Below, one piece after another: positions 25,179-38,249 of a DNA stretch of 64,000 nt (position 1 is the stretch's first letter; each line of letters opens with the position of its first letter). The DNA is from Octopus sinensis (taxonomy: Eukaryota). The translations under genes and the position numbers were made by a program. The notes beneath the pieces were generated by a model that saw nothing but the letters and a program-made list of their open reading frames with translations, was not told the DNA's origin and searched no databases. The DNA lies in NCBI RefSeq assembly GCF_006345805.1, contig NC_042997.1, forward strand, positions 146,382,001-146,446,000, in the 5' to 3' direction.

Positions 25179-26058
25179 ATATATATATACACACTTATAC
25201 ACTGATATTCAGGTCGTTGAATTTTTGAATTTCTGAATTCAGTTGTGTTGTTGCAATAAAATGTGTGTTTACGTATTTAGGTAATATATTAATGTTTTAA
25301 AGTTTTCTTGAGATGTTAGAGAATAATAGTAGGACTTTTGCAATTAAAAGGATGTTTACATTGTCGAATACTCAGGGAGAGTCAAAAAGAAAAGAAAACG
25401 AGTTGTAGATAGTAAATATTTAAGATTTACTAAATATGGTCTTTTGTATGACCGCACAGAGAGAAATGGGAAAATTCTTTTTTATTGTTAGTAGATTTAT
25501 CTCTGGGCATAGTTTTTTGCGGTGTTTTTAAACTTATGACTTTTTCCCCCTGTCTGTGTTATCTCGAAAAATATAAAAAAATGGTTTTGTTTTTGTTTTT
25601 GCTTCGTTTGTGACACGTGTTTTCATATGCGTGTATGTGTGTCCTGTAAATTTCATGTAGTTGAGTAAACATTGTGATGTATGTTTGGTCCTATGGGTAT
25701 TAAAATGTATATATGATTGTGTAGACATTCGAGTGTGTGTGTAATTACTCAATTTATGTACTTACTGTTTTCCATTTCTATTTTATAATTTGTAAACTTT
25801 CCGGTGTTGATTTCGCGTGTGTGTTTCGCATATGTTTCACTGAGACAGGAGGAACTGTGCTTTGTATGGATGTAAAATTTCGTTTTCATGATTATTTTCG
25901 TTAAAATACCGTTTACTTCAAGTCCTCCACAGGTTCCTTTATCCAATTCCACCGATGTTATTTGATTAGATGTGTTTTTGAATGGAGAGCCCGGTGTAGC
26001 ACATCTATGTTGTTATTTAGCGCGGAGCTGAATTGTTGTTATTCAGCGTGGAGCTGAA

Positions 26059-26850
26059 TATTATTATTAAGACGTCGTACAGTGTCCAGTAGCATGATGT
26101 TGTTGAGATATTGTGTCTACTGGAGGTTTGTACTGTTTGTCACAAGGACCTCAGGCAGTCAGTACTTTACGCAATATGCGTGTAGTTCTAAGTAATGCCG
26201 ACTTTTGCAATACACCTAGATTGTAGGGTATTTCTAGAGTTTCCAGATTGTTTTCAAATTGGGTGGTATTGAGCCCAATGCTCCGATGACAATAGAAAAA
26301 CTTTATGTTTGACTCTCGTAGTTGCCACATCTTGGCGGTCTCAATTCTCAGGTCTCCATATTTATCAATCTTTTACTTTCATGATAATACGTTGATCTCC
26401 TGGCACTACCATGTGGATTATAAGACACTCTTGTTTGTCCCTCCTAAATGTTATTATATCTGGCCTTCGGTGCTCTAACACTTTGTCTGTCTGGAAGCTA
26501 AAGTCCCAGAAGATTTTTGCCTTCCTGTTTTTCGTCCATTACCTTTTCTAGTGTATGTTGGTACCAAGTACCCGTTACCTCGCATTTCCGGCATAATAGC
26601 CAGTGAAGGGTTTGAACTACCTTGCTATGACTGCGCTTGTACTCTTTTTGCGCAAGACTTTCACAAGTACTAACAATGTGAGTCACGCTTTCGACCCTCT
26701 TCCTGCACATTCTGCAGAGGTTCTTTGCACTTGTGTGATATATATCCTTTTTCACTGAGTTGGTATTCAATGCTTAGTCCTGGGCAGCAATGATTAGGCT
26801 TTCAGGCTTCCTTTTTAGGTCACCCTTGCTGAGCCACTTCAATGATACTT
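26059..26850 (-). mobile_element. R4/Dong-like RLE non-LTR retrotransposon, decayed 3' part
   Basis: CCHC knuckle CRMCRKRVESVTHIVSTC, YKRSHSKV (RHD-like), FQTDKVLEHRRPDII, KIDKYGDLRIE, IVIGALGS; frameshifts; (TAA)n at 3' end. Confidence 0.85.
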
Positions 26851-27039
26851 CCTAATCTTCTATTTGTTAATCTCACGGTGGGCCCGACCAAGTAATTCCA
26901 TGTGGAGTAGGGTTTCTTTTTTCTCGTTGGGCATTCGTTATCGGAATTCATAAGCACTCTCAAGTTCAATTTAGGTAAATCCTTCTGAAGTTATGTGAAA
27001 AAAAAAATTAAAATACATGGGCAGTAATCGTTCTCACAC

Positions 27040-27240
27040 CGACAATGCGCTTCTCAATACATTGACCTACATTTTTGCTGGGAAGGTAAGCTAGGGATAA
27101 TTGTCAAATAATTTTTTGTTCCTATTCTTTTTTTTCATCATTCCCAATATTCCTACAATTACTGGTAATGTATCCGCCCTGAGAAACCACATTTTCTTTT
27201 CAGTTTCAATGAGAAAATCTTTATATTTTCTGATTACAAT
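27040..27240 (-). mobile_element. Second R4-like RLE LINE C-terminal fragment
   Basis: KYKDFLIETEKKMWFLRADTLPVIVGILGMMKK matches the KYxDL.IE..KMW......PVIVGALG motif. Confidence 0.65.
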
Positions 27241-28140
27241 TGTTACCTTTCTTAGCTTGTATGTTACTCCCTTTAAAAAAAATTCGGGCAATTTCCTTTG
27301 ATTAGCTGGCTTTCTACATCCCAAGTAAAAGCACAACGTTAATAGATCTCCAGAATTCCGTGTATATCCAAATTCCTATCAAATTTCAGATATAATTTAT
27401 TTCCAGTTGTCTTTTAGTACTATACACATTCGAATAATTGGCAGCTTAAATCTGAGAGCAGAATAAAGCAGGAAATTTGGCATATCAAATTATTTTAATA
27501 TCGTAAATTCCATAATCTTTATAATGTTTACACATGTTTCATTATTCTATGTAGCAATCGTCTGGTGGACTTCTGCATAGTCATTTAAAAACACTATATC
27601 TTCTCAAGCAAATAGTACTAAGCACTGATTACCAACAAAGACTGGTAAATAACAATGGATTGAAGTTCTATTTACTTCTGAAGACCTGACGATTCAAGGT
27701 GATTACGCAATGTTCACATAACAATTACCGCGCAACATATTTGCATTCGTCATTGAAATGGATTTAAAAATTGTGTAATTTATATTGCAATAAAAACAAA
27801 CTGAATATATTGTTTTATTCTGCACTTTCACATATATGTTTGTGTAAGTGTGTGTGTGTGCGTGTGTGTATGTCTGTATGAAAATATCTATATTTGTGTA
27901 TGTATGCATGCATGTATGTATGTGTGTGTGTTTAGATAGATATGTATATAATTCATATCTATCTACACATATACTCACACACACACACACACACACTCAC
28001 ACACACACACATACACACACATGTATATGTATGATGTGTGTTTGTGTGTATCGCTCCATAAATCAGAAACTGTTATAACAACCAGCAACGTTCTATACCA
28101 TGAATCTCTGTTTCTCTCCTTTCATCTCTTTCTTTCCTTT

Positions 28141-28227
<87 letters not shown>

Positions 28228-28989
28228 CTCTCCCTCTCTCACACACACACTCGCGCGCGCATTCACATGAAGGGTCCTTTCATCCGAGTGTCAATTTACG
28301 TAGCTGATAATTATTCTAAGCATGGCGTTTGCTTGAGTTGGTGAAATCCCTAAATCAAGCGTAGCTGGGTGATGATTCACTGGAAAATATATAACTCTCC
28401 ATTGGTGTTGTTTGAATAAAATTGATAGAAGTTTATTGTGGTGGCGGTGTATGAGACCGCATATGTGTATACATGTACATTGTATACATTGTACTGTGCG
28501 AGTATGTCCTCATACATACATTATTTGTGTACGTTTATGTATGTGTATGTGTGTATATATATATATATATATATTATATACTTATACGCACACACATATA
28601 TATATATATGTATATATGCATATAAAAGAATATTATGCAAGTCTTCGTCAATATGCTAATACGTTTGTCAATGTATGCGCGCGCGTGTAAAGTTTTAAGT
28701 TACACGTCTAATGATATATTATGTATGCATGCATATATGCGTGTATGTATGTATGTATGTATGTATGTATGTATGTATGTATGTATGTATGTATGTATGT
28801 ATGTATATATGTATGTATGTATGTAGGCATGCATGTATGCATGTGTGTATGTAAATATTTGTTCGTTTTCTTCGTAATGCACATGTATATGTCCAGAAGA
28901 GAAAGCGAGGGAGAGAGAGAGTTCTCCGGCATCTGCATATGAATGCACACTACTTAATGTGCTTGTGTACATATTAGTGAACCTTTCTC

Positions 28990-29088
<99 letters not shown>

Positions 29089-29315
29089 TTATGAATATAT
29101 ATATATATGTATGCATATATATATATATGTTTATAAATATATATATATATATATCCGCATGTAGGTGTGCATGTGTGAGTGTGTGCGATTTGTATGTGTG
29201 TGTGTATGAATATATATGTATGTATATATATATATGTATATATATATATATGTATATATATATGTATGTATATATTATATATATATATATATAGTGATAT
29301 ATATATGTATGTATG

Positions 29316-29365
<50 letters not shown>

Positions 29366-29469
29366 ATATATTTATGAATATATATATATATATTATGAAT
29401 ATATATAAATATCTGCATGTAGATCTGTATGTGTGAGTGTGTGCGAGTTTTATGTGTGTGTGTGTGTGT

Positions 29470-29618
29470 GGATTCTGTGAGGGTGTCTGCTAGTACGCAC
29501 TTGCTTTATCTGTATAAATGAGAAGGCGAACAATTCGATGTAGACAGAGGAAAGAGTGAAAAGAGGGAGAGCGTGAATGTGTCAGACAAAAGAATGGTGT
29601 GAAATATCAGATTTTGGA

Positions 29619-29625
<7 letters not shown>
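29470..29625 (-). repeat. Unclassified interspersed repeat, paralog of 37705-37860
   Basis: GATTCTGTGAGGGTGTCTGCTAG...AAATATCAGATTTTGGAAG is the reverse complement of 37705-37860 with scattered mismatches. Confidence 0.7.
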
Positions 29626-29700
<75 letters not shown>

Positions 29701-30301
29701 TACATACACTCACGCACACAGAGAAAGAGAAAACGAGATAGGCTACCAGTATATGAACTTCTGTTTGATAAAAGGAATTTTATAATATACTGAAACAATC
29801 TGGTAGGGATGGTAATGATGAGGATGATGATGATGTTGATAATGAGATCCTATGGTTATCGACGAAGAACATCACGACCAGCCAATGGGCAGCCGATCTG
29901 AAAACACAAAAAAAGGGAGACAGAACCAATGAAAGATCCTTTATGTGATAGCTTTAACTGCTAGGAATAGAAGCCAAATTCGTTGAACTCAGCTCCTTGG
30001 TGGACAATGTAGTCTGAGACATTACTATGGGAAACAGTGGGATGACCGCAATTAGATTATCAAAAACGTATTTGGTAACATGTCTGTTTCGACAGAAAAT
30101 GATGACATAAAAAACAATATACATCTATCGATTACATTTATTGCATTGATCTGTCCAGTCTCCTAACTCAAGAGTTAGAATCCGTTCCTTGTAACTAGAC
30201 CCATGATCGAGAATTTGGGGCCTCGTGTGCAGCCTTCGTCTTCTTCTTTCCAAAATGGGTTTTAACTCTATATTTATACGCTATTATTTACAGCTTTGTA
30301 A

Positions 30302-30475
30302 AGGCGGCGAACTGGCAGAATCGTTAGCACGCCGGTATTTCGCCTGTCGCTACGTTCCGAGTTCAAATTCCGTCTACTTTGCTTTTCATCCTTTCGGGAT
30401 CGATGAAACAAGTACTACTCATGTGATAAGCCCCCTTCCCCAAATTTCAGGCCTTGCACTTATAGTAGAAAGTAT
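30302..30475 (+). mobile_element. SINE family C with internal deletions
   Basis: GGCGGCGAACTGGCAGAATCGTTAGCACGCCGG...GCTTTTCATCCTTTCGGGATCGAT. Confidence 0.85.
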
Positions 30476-30554
30476 TATTATTTGTAGCTTTATCTGCATC
30501 GAGTTTCACATTTTTGACAAATAATTAAGGCAACACAAATATGTGAGTGTGTAT

Positions 30555-30880
30555 ACAAGTGCGGTAAGATGTTTGTTTCCTAACTACGTGGTTACGGGTA
30601 AGTGTTTTTACTATAAACTCGGGCCGACCAAAGCCATGCGAGTGAATTCTGAAGACGGAAACTGAAAGAAGCCCGTCATATATAGATATATGTGTGTGTG
30701 TGTGTGTGTGTTTATATCTATATGTGTGCGTCTTTGTGTCGTTGTTTGTCCTCCTACCACCGCTTGACAAGTATCAGGCTTTAAAATGACTACTAGGGAC
30801 GATACATTCGACTACAAATTCTTCAAGGTGGCACTCCAGCATGGCCGCAGTCTAATGACTGAGACAAGTAAAAGATAAAA
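30555..30880 (+). mobile_element. SINE family A, diverged
   Basis: GACGGAAACTGAAAGAAGCCCGTC...CTCCAGCATGGCCGCAGTCTAATGACTGAGACAAGTAAAAG. Confidence 0.8.
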
Positions 30881-30960
30881 GGAGTATACATACATACATA
30901 CATACATACATACATTCATTCATTCATTCATTCATTCATTCATTCATTCATACATACATA

Positions 30961-31647
30961 GCAATGTTATAAGGATTTGGGATAGAGAGGAGAGACTGTG
31001 TACAGTTGTGGAAACTAACTGCCCAGCAGATGTTAGCATAATGCTGAAGATCAGTGAAAAAAGAGACTACCTACTTGGAACTATTGAGAAATCTGCAGTT
31101 ACTCTCTACCCAGATTACAAATTCAGGCTTATACCTGTAATTACTGGGGCACTAGGATATGTAACACATTGCCTAAATACCAGTCTTGAGAAATTAGGTT
31201 TCACCAAACCGGAAAGGACAAAGCTGATTCGAAGACTACAGATCCAATCCATCACTGGAACTATAAAAATCTGTAAAAGTTTCCAGAATTTCATCGTTTA
31301 AGTATATATGAGCATGTCTAGATATGAAAGTATATGCATGAGAAGACATACATAAACAAAACATACAGATCTACACGTATGCGTGCGTGTGTACATACAT
31401 ACATACATACATACATACATACATACATACATACATACATACATACATACATACATACATACATACATACATACATACATACATACATACATACATACAT
31501 ACATACATACATACATACGTACATACATACGTACATACATACATGCATACATACATACCCTGTTGATGTTAAAATTCCAATGAAGGTGCCTTAGAAACTG
31601 GCTCTTTCTCTATTGGCAAGAAATCTTGAAATAAAACTGAATAATGG
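30961..31647 (+). mobile_element. RLE LINE 3' end, subfamily 1, embedded in (CATA)n
   Basis: IWDREERLCTVVETNCPAD...FRLIPVITGALGYV...LQIQSITGTIKICKSFQNFIV* (RLE C-terminus); 3' UTR with internal (CATA)n; UTR repeated at 45527-45793. Confidence 0.8.
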
Positions 31648-31671
31648 CATATATACGAATATATGCATGTC

Positions 31672-31983
31672 TGTTTCTCTTTGAGCTTTATTTAAGTTTT
31701 TCTCAACAGAGTAGAAGCCGGTCTCCAACAAAGAGACAAAACTTCCTGAATCAAGAAAGTTCCCGGTGCTTTTGAATAAGGAGCTGAGCTTGTGTGTCGG
31801 TTGAGCTGTGGATGTAGACACTCAAGTGTTTGTATTTATTCACCTGATGAATCTCAGATGGAGAATCTTTGGAATGTGATACAAATCCTCACTGTGCCAC
31901 TAAAAGATTGGATTTGGAGAAACCGTGTCAGTTTCTTTTGTGCTTTCTTCGAAAAACTTAGTATATCTCCGCTTTTGTGCAAA
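31672..31983 (-). mobile_element. RLE LINE 3' end, subfamily 2, after (CATA)n
   Basis: Minus-strand translation LSFSKKAQKKLTRFLQIQSFSGTVRICITFQRFSI* is homologous to the 31008-31301 C-terminus; preceded in element orientation by (CATA)n (plus TATG 31984-32220). Confidence 0.8.
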
Positions 31984-32798
31984 TATGTATGTTTGTATAC
32001 ATTTATATATTTATGTATGTATGCATGTTTATATGCTTGTATGTATGTATGTATGTATGTATGTATGTATGTATGTATGTATGTTTGTATATATGTATGT
32101 ATATGAATGCATGTATGAATGCATATTTGTATGCACGCCTGTATTTATGTATGTATGTTTATATGTATGAATGTATGTATTAATGCATGTATGTATGTTT
32201 GTATGTATGTCTGCATGCATACTTACCCTCACTTTAATACTGAACTCAACACCAATTGTCAGCTGCTTTGGCAAAAATTTATTAGAAATTTTGGTTTTCT
32301 ATTTAAATATCGGGACAAGATTGTTATAAGCTTTCCCAAGACCCAGCAAATAGCATATGGTATAATTAGGTGGAAAAGCTGTTAGTGAAATAGCTTAAGT
32401 CTACATTGACGATACTAATTCATAAAATTCAAATCCTTCTGTATTATATGTTAAATCCTGCTATTTATTAAATATATTAATTTTCTATTTGAATCTTCAT
32501 AATTACTGGTATTAATCCCTAATTGATATTCCTAATTGAGTTTAGAGTAAGAAGAAAAGAAGGTTGATTACGAACGTGATGATCTTAAAAATATAAGCAA
32601 CCAAATGGAATGTTAATATATACTGAAGTAAAAAAGAACGCCTATGGCTTGTTGGCATATTGCATAAATTTGGATTTAATTTAAAGGGTATAAAAGCAGC
32701 CTGAAAAAACAAAAAAAAAACAAATAAGTGCGATAGTATTCGACGTTCACCTCTCACAGAATTCCACACTTGGCCTCATGATCTCCCAGAAATAGCCG

Positions 32799-32843
<45 letters not shown>

Positions 32844-33069
32844 TGCACGCACGCACACACACACACACACACACGCACGCACGCACACACACACACATAT
32901 GCTAGGCTCCGGTGATCTCTCCATGCGTCTCACACTGGGACACTTCATCTGTAATTACGTTGTTTATTTGGGGATTTGCTCAGTTATTGGCATCCCTGGA
33001 AACGTGACCAACCACTTCTTTGGCAACACAGTGGGATAAACTACTCAAACCACACCTAATATATGTATG

Positions 33070-33105
<36 letters not shown>

Positions 33106-33382
33106 ATATATATATATGTATGCATGCATTTATGCATGTATGTATTTATGTCATATCTTAAATGACATACATACATGTTTATATGACATATTTGATCGAA
33201 GGTTAACAAAGACTTGAAGGCGTGTGACTTAGTTATTAGTATTACCGTAGCTTCAGTTCTAAGACATTGTTGCTAGATATGTCATCGTATAAAACAATTC
33301 TTACGTCGTTCCAGTCTACTCTTCTGCAATGAATACCAGACGGGTGCCGGTACAGCACTATAACATTATGAATGTTACGCAA

Positions 33383-33810
33383 AGCGGCGAGCTGGCAGGA
33401 ATGTTAGCACGCCGGGCGAAATGCTTAACGGTATTTCGTCTGTCTTTACGTTCTGAGTTCAAATTCCGTCGATATCGACTTTGCCTTTCATCCTTTCGGG
33501 GTCGATAAATTAAGTACCAGTTGCGTACTGGGATCGAACTAATCGACTGGACACCTTCCCCAAAATTTCGGGCCTTGTGCCTAAAGTAGAAAAGAATATT
33601 AATTTCACTTAAGGCGGCGAGCTGGCCGAGCGAAATGCACGCCGGGCGAAATGCTTAGCAGTATTTTGCCTGCCTTTACGTTCTGAATTCAAAATCCGCC
33701 GAAGTCGACTTTGCTTTTCATCCTTTTGTGGTCGATAAATTAAGTACCAGTTGTGTACTGCAGTCGAATTAATCGACTGGACTCCTCCCCCTTGTGCCTA
33801 GAAAGAAAAT
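33383..33810 (+). mobile_element. Two tandem SINE family C copies inside one TSD
   Basis: Copies 33383-33598 and 33612-33810; flanking duplication ATTATGAATGTT(A/C)CG at 33365-33379 and 33811-33825. Confidence 0.9.
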
Positions 33811-34599
33811 ATTATGAATGTTCCGTACGATGAAGATTGTGGGATGCCGAGATAATGCTTATGCTTGCTTACGACTATACAGGCGTTTAAAACAATTAGC
33901 AAAAGTATGGTACATGATAGCCGGTATAGTCTCTCGTGTGTGATAGCTGGCTGTACTATACTTAACAAAAAGTCATCGAATGACAGCCTTAATTAAAGCA
34001 TGTTTGCGCGTTGTTGCTGTTGTTATTTAACCTCAGCTCAGTTCTGATCCAAGAACATTCCAGACGTAAACATCCTGGCTTCTAAAAAGTACTTGGAACT
34101 GCATTAACTAACGTACCTTTTGCATTAGTTTTAAAGATAGCGAAACAATGATTTTATTGCAATTTGGCTGTTCTTTCTAGCGACGTCATAGATGGTTATC
34201 ACTTGTCTCTAACTATAATGTATTTTACAGAACTAGTAAACCTTTCATACCAAAAAGAAAATTGTGCTACTGTGATATTATATATTGAAGCCTACTTACA
34301 TAAGATCTCGTTTTTCCTCTACCTCATATGTCTATGGCATTTCGCTTTTCTTATGCACAAATTTCTCCTGAATTCTGTTTTGAATAAATTTTAGCAGGAA
34401 TTTCAAGGACATAATTCAGTCTATTTTGCATGCATATTATTTATCGTACATGTAAAATTAATTACTATATAAAAGAAACAAATTAAACTTGCTCAGTATG
34501 TTTTATTAAATATGAAATTTTAATTTTTCTTACAATCTATATACCATATTATACATGTATGTGTATGTATGTGCATACATGCATACATACATACATACA

Positions 34600-34700
<101 letters not shown>

Positions 34701-34750
34701 TATATATATATATCTACATACACGCATATATATATATACATATATACACA

Positions 34751-35136
34751 GGCGCAGGAGTGGCTGTGTGGTAAGTAGCTTGCTAACCACCACATGGTTT
34801 CGGGTTCAGTCCCACTGCGTGGCACCTTGGGCAAGTGTCTTCTGCTATAGCCCCGGGCCGACCAATGCCTTGTGAGTGGATTTGGTAGACGGAAACTGAA
34901 AGAAGCCTGTCGTATATATGTATATATATATGTGTGTTTGTGTGTCTGTGTTTGTCCCCCTAGCATTGCTTGACAACCGATGCTGGTGTGTTTACGTCCC
35001 CGTCACTTAGCGGTTCGGCAAAAGAGACCGATAGAATAAGTACTGGGCTTACAAAGAATAAGTCCCGGGGTCGAGTTGCTCGACTAAAGGCGGTGCTCCA
35101 GCATGGCCACAGTCAAATGACTGAAACAAGTAAAAG
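34751..35136 (+). mobile_element. SINE family A, full length (tRNA-like head, CORE-like CCTTGGGCAAGT, internal microsatellite, LINE-like tail)
   Basis: Reference copy for family A; more than 12 related copies in the window. Confidence 0.95.
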
Positions 35137-35234
35137 TGAAGTACATGCACATATATACATTCATATAAATATGTACATATGTAGATCTATATATTATATA
35201 TAAATGTCTGTATTATATACACACTCTCACACAC

Positions 35235-35279
<45 letters not shown>

Positions 35280-35302
35280 GCATAAATATGTGTGCATGCA
35301 TT

Positions 35303-35372
<70 letters not shown>

Positions 35373-35375
<3 letters not shown>

Positions 35376-36253
35376 GGTGTCCCAAAAGTTACTGATGGGT
35401 TTCAGTTTTTAATAACTTCCTAACTTTACAAATAAATGCATGAAATTTTCATACAATATAAAGGACATAATGGAAATTAATATGCATAAGTCAAATTTTG
35501 CAACACCACTGTACCACATATGAAAAATGACATTGCTTAAATGGCAGCCATTTTCAGCTTCGAACGCCCGTGGTCTTTGCAAAACTTGCACCATAGCACT
35601 CTAGAATTTCAGACCCCAATTCTCTGATTTTTCTATTGATGTTCACCTTCAGCTGCTTCAGGGTCTCCAGTTTGTTGACGTAAACCCTCTCTTTCAGGTA
35701 TCCCCACAAGAAAAAATCCGGGCTAGTCAAGTCTGGGGAACATGAAGGCCAATTTGACATTGCCGTGGCAGGAGATTATTCTCTCTCCTAAGTGCTGCCA
35801 TAGCAACTGCATTGTTTCCTTTCCGATATGAGCAGTTACCCTATCTTGCTGGAACCATGTGTGATGTCTACTTTGAATGGACATGCGCCAAGAGGTTTCA
35901 GTCATGGATATCTGAAAGAGAAGGTTTACATCAACAAACCGGAAACCCTGGTGCAACCGAAGGAGAACATATGAGAAAAATCAGAGAAGTGAGGTATGAA
36001 ACTCTTGAAGGTATTATGGTGCAAGTTTTGGAAAGAGCACAGGCGTGCGCAGCCGAAAATCGCTGCCATTTAAGCGATGTCATTTTTCATATGTGATGTA
36101 GTGGTGTTGCAAAATTTGACTTCCGCATATTAATTTCCATTATGTCCATTATATCAAAATATAAAGGACATAATCAAAATATCATGCATTTATTTGTAAA
36201 GTTAAGGAAGTTATTAAAAATTGAAACCCATAAGTGACTTTCGGGACATCCTG
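35373..36253. mobile_element. Non-autonomous fold-back Tc1/mariner element, DD41D (rosa/VS-like), ~330-350-bp inverted arms
   Basis: TA|CAGGGTGTCCCAAAAGT...ACTTTCGGGACATCCTG|TA; minus-strand remnant WFQQD-(41 aa, 1-nt frameshift)-D with WPSCSPDLTSPDFFLWGYLKERVY; arms 35373-35703 and 35906-36253. Confidence 0.9.
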
Positions 36254-36256
36254 TAC

Positions 36257-36334
<78 letters not shown>

Positions 36335-36351
36335 ATCTATCTATCTATATA

Positions 36352-36548
36352 CAGTAATCCCTCGTATATCACAGTTCACCGATCGCAGTTTATTATTTAA
36401 GCTTATGTCAATTCCTTCGTGGTTTAGTTTTGCATTTATAATAAAATAAATATATACAAATTATAAATAATAATAATAATAAAATATATACAGTACAGAA
36501 CTGTTTCTATTTCGCGGATTTTCACCTATCGCGGTATGTTTTGGAGCG

Positions 36549-36583
<35 letters not shown>

Positions 36584-36670
36584 ATATAATATATATATAT
36601 ATAATATATATATATATATATTATATATATATATATTATATATATATATATATGTATACAGGGATTACTG
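36352..36670. mobile_element. Tigger/pogo-like MITE
   Basis: TA|CAGTAATCCCTCGTATA...TATACAGGGATTACTG|TA; interrupted by a (TA)n expansion. Confidence 0.8.
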
Positions 36671-36943
36671 TATATATATTCTCTAAGTAACGACTTGATT
36701 GGAACTATTAAACAAATCAACTACTTCTGAGCATTTGTGAGTGTTAGGAACTCAGGGAAATTCATTCAGCAAACATCATTTAATCGGTTAGCTCGAATCA
36801 TCGATGTCATACTGTTTTGTTCTGCGAATTATATCAAAAGTGTAGATATCTGCTGAATGCAGTCATTTACTAATTAACCCAGGAGTAGGTAATTCAGTTG
36901 ATCGCACAAAAGAATACTCATCGTCGAACGACGGAGATATCTG

Positions 36944-36998
<55 letters not shown>

Positions 36999-37022
36999 GT
37001 CTATCTATCTATCTATCTATCT

Positions 37023-37503
37023 ATTTTGTCTAGTGAATGTTTTAAAGAAAGATGGGTGAATGTAGCAAGGATGGCACGTATGAATGACGAAGCCACCTTG
37101 ACTATGATTCTATGAACCGTAAAAATTAATACAGAGAGTTGCTTATTTGCAAAAAAGCAAAAAAGCAAAAAATGTGACTTCATTGACCGAGGTTACCGTG
37201 GTCTTTTCCGTAGGCTTTTCTTTCCACGGGTAAACCTCACCTGTCCTCCCCTTTACACTTCATATTGACATTTCTGTGATTACGTTCCCTATTGATCAAC
37301 CTTTTTTTTTCTCCCCTTTTCTTTTTTTTCCCTCTCCCCCTTCTTTTTTAAAAAAATCCTCCCCTTTTTTGTCCTCTTTCTTTCCTTTTACGATCCCTTT
37401 TGATCAAAAACCAACCCTCTCTTTTTTACCCCCAACAGAAAAGCTCTACCTTGTAATTTCTTCTGTCTGTGTGCAGCCTGTGTGGCTAATAAAGGAACAT
37501 ATC
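37023..37503 (+). mobile_element. Probable Tx1/L1-group LINE 3' end in (TATC)n
   Basis: ILSSECFKERWVNVARMARMNDEATLTMIL* (F..RW terminal motif), pyrimidine-rich 3' UTR, AATAAAG end; (CTAT)n upstream and ATATCTAT downstream. Confidence 0.55.
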
Positions 37504-37859
37504 TATTTCGCGAACACAGATTCTAGGGAGATTTGTTTGCTCTTTCTAGTGACCACATACATGGCCCCCACTGACAAGAATGTGTTTTACAGCACTACTA
37601 CAAGGTGGAGCATAAAGAGATCCCACATTTGGCGTGGGCACTGTGCGTGCTTTAGTAGCACTCTTTCTTTCTGTCTGTCACCGTCTCTCTCTCTCCCTCT
37701 CTCTCTTTCGCTTCTAAAATCTGATATTTTACATCATTCTCTGTCTGGCACATTCACATTCTTCCCTCTTTTCTCTCCTTCCTATGTCTACACTGAATTA
37801 CTCGCTTTCTCATTTTTTCAAATAAAGCAAGCGCATGCTAACAGACACCCGCACAGAAT

Positions 37860-38140
37860 TTGTAAGAGCGGCGCAGACAGCGTTCTGTAGACACTTCACG
37901 CTTGGTCCAAATGTATCGGTACTAGATCAGAAAACGATTTTGCTTTGGATTTCTAACCTTCAGGCAACTGGATCCACACTGAAAATAAAATCACCTACTA
38001 GACTTAGGGCCATTAGAACTCTAGAAAATATGGCAGCAGTAAGAGCATCCATTCAGTAATCGCCAGGGTTTCCGGTTTGTTGATGTAACCCTTCTCTTTC
38101 AGATATCCATGACTTGGCGCCCGTCCCTTCAAACGTGGGT
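37860..38140 (+). mobile_element. DD41D-type transposase N-terminal HTH fragment fused to an inverted C-terminal fragment
   Basis: AQTAFCRHFTLG...DQKTILLWISNLQATGSTLKIKSPTRLRAIRTLENMAAVRASIQ*SP (HTH/GRPR-type N-terminus); 38062-38135 is the reverse complement of 35870-35950. Confidence 0.75.
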
Positions 38141-38249
38141 TGGTGGAGTGGTGGATCAGTCTGCTGACAATATGGACCTTACCCTGATAGTTTGTTATTA
38201 CGTGGTATGGGATCACCGAAATTATGAACATTTGTATTGTATGTGATAA

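Noticed and set aside
24850-26030. Possible Penelope ORF remnant on the minus strand
   Set aside because: Composition is suggestive, but no diagnostic RT or GIY-YIG motif could be read.
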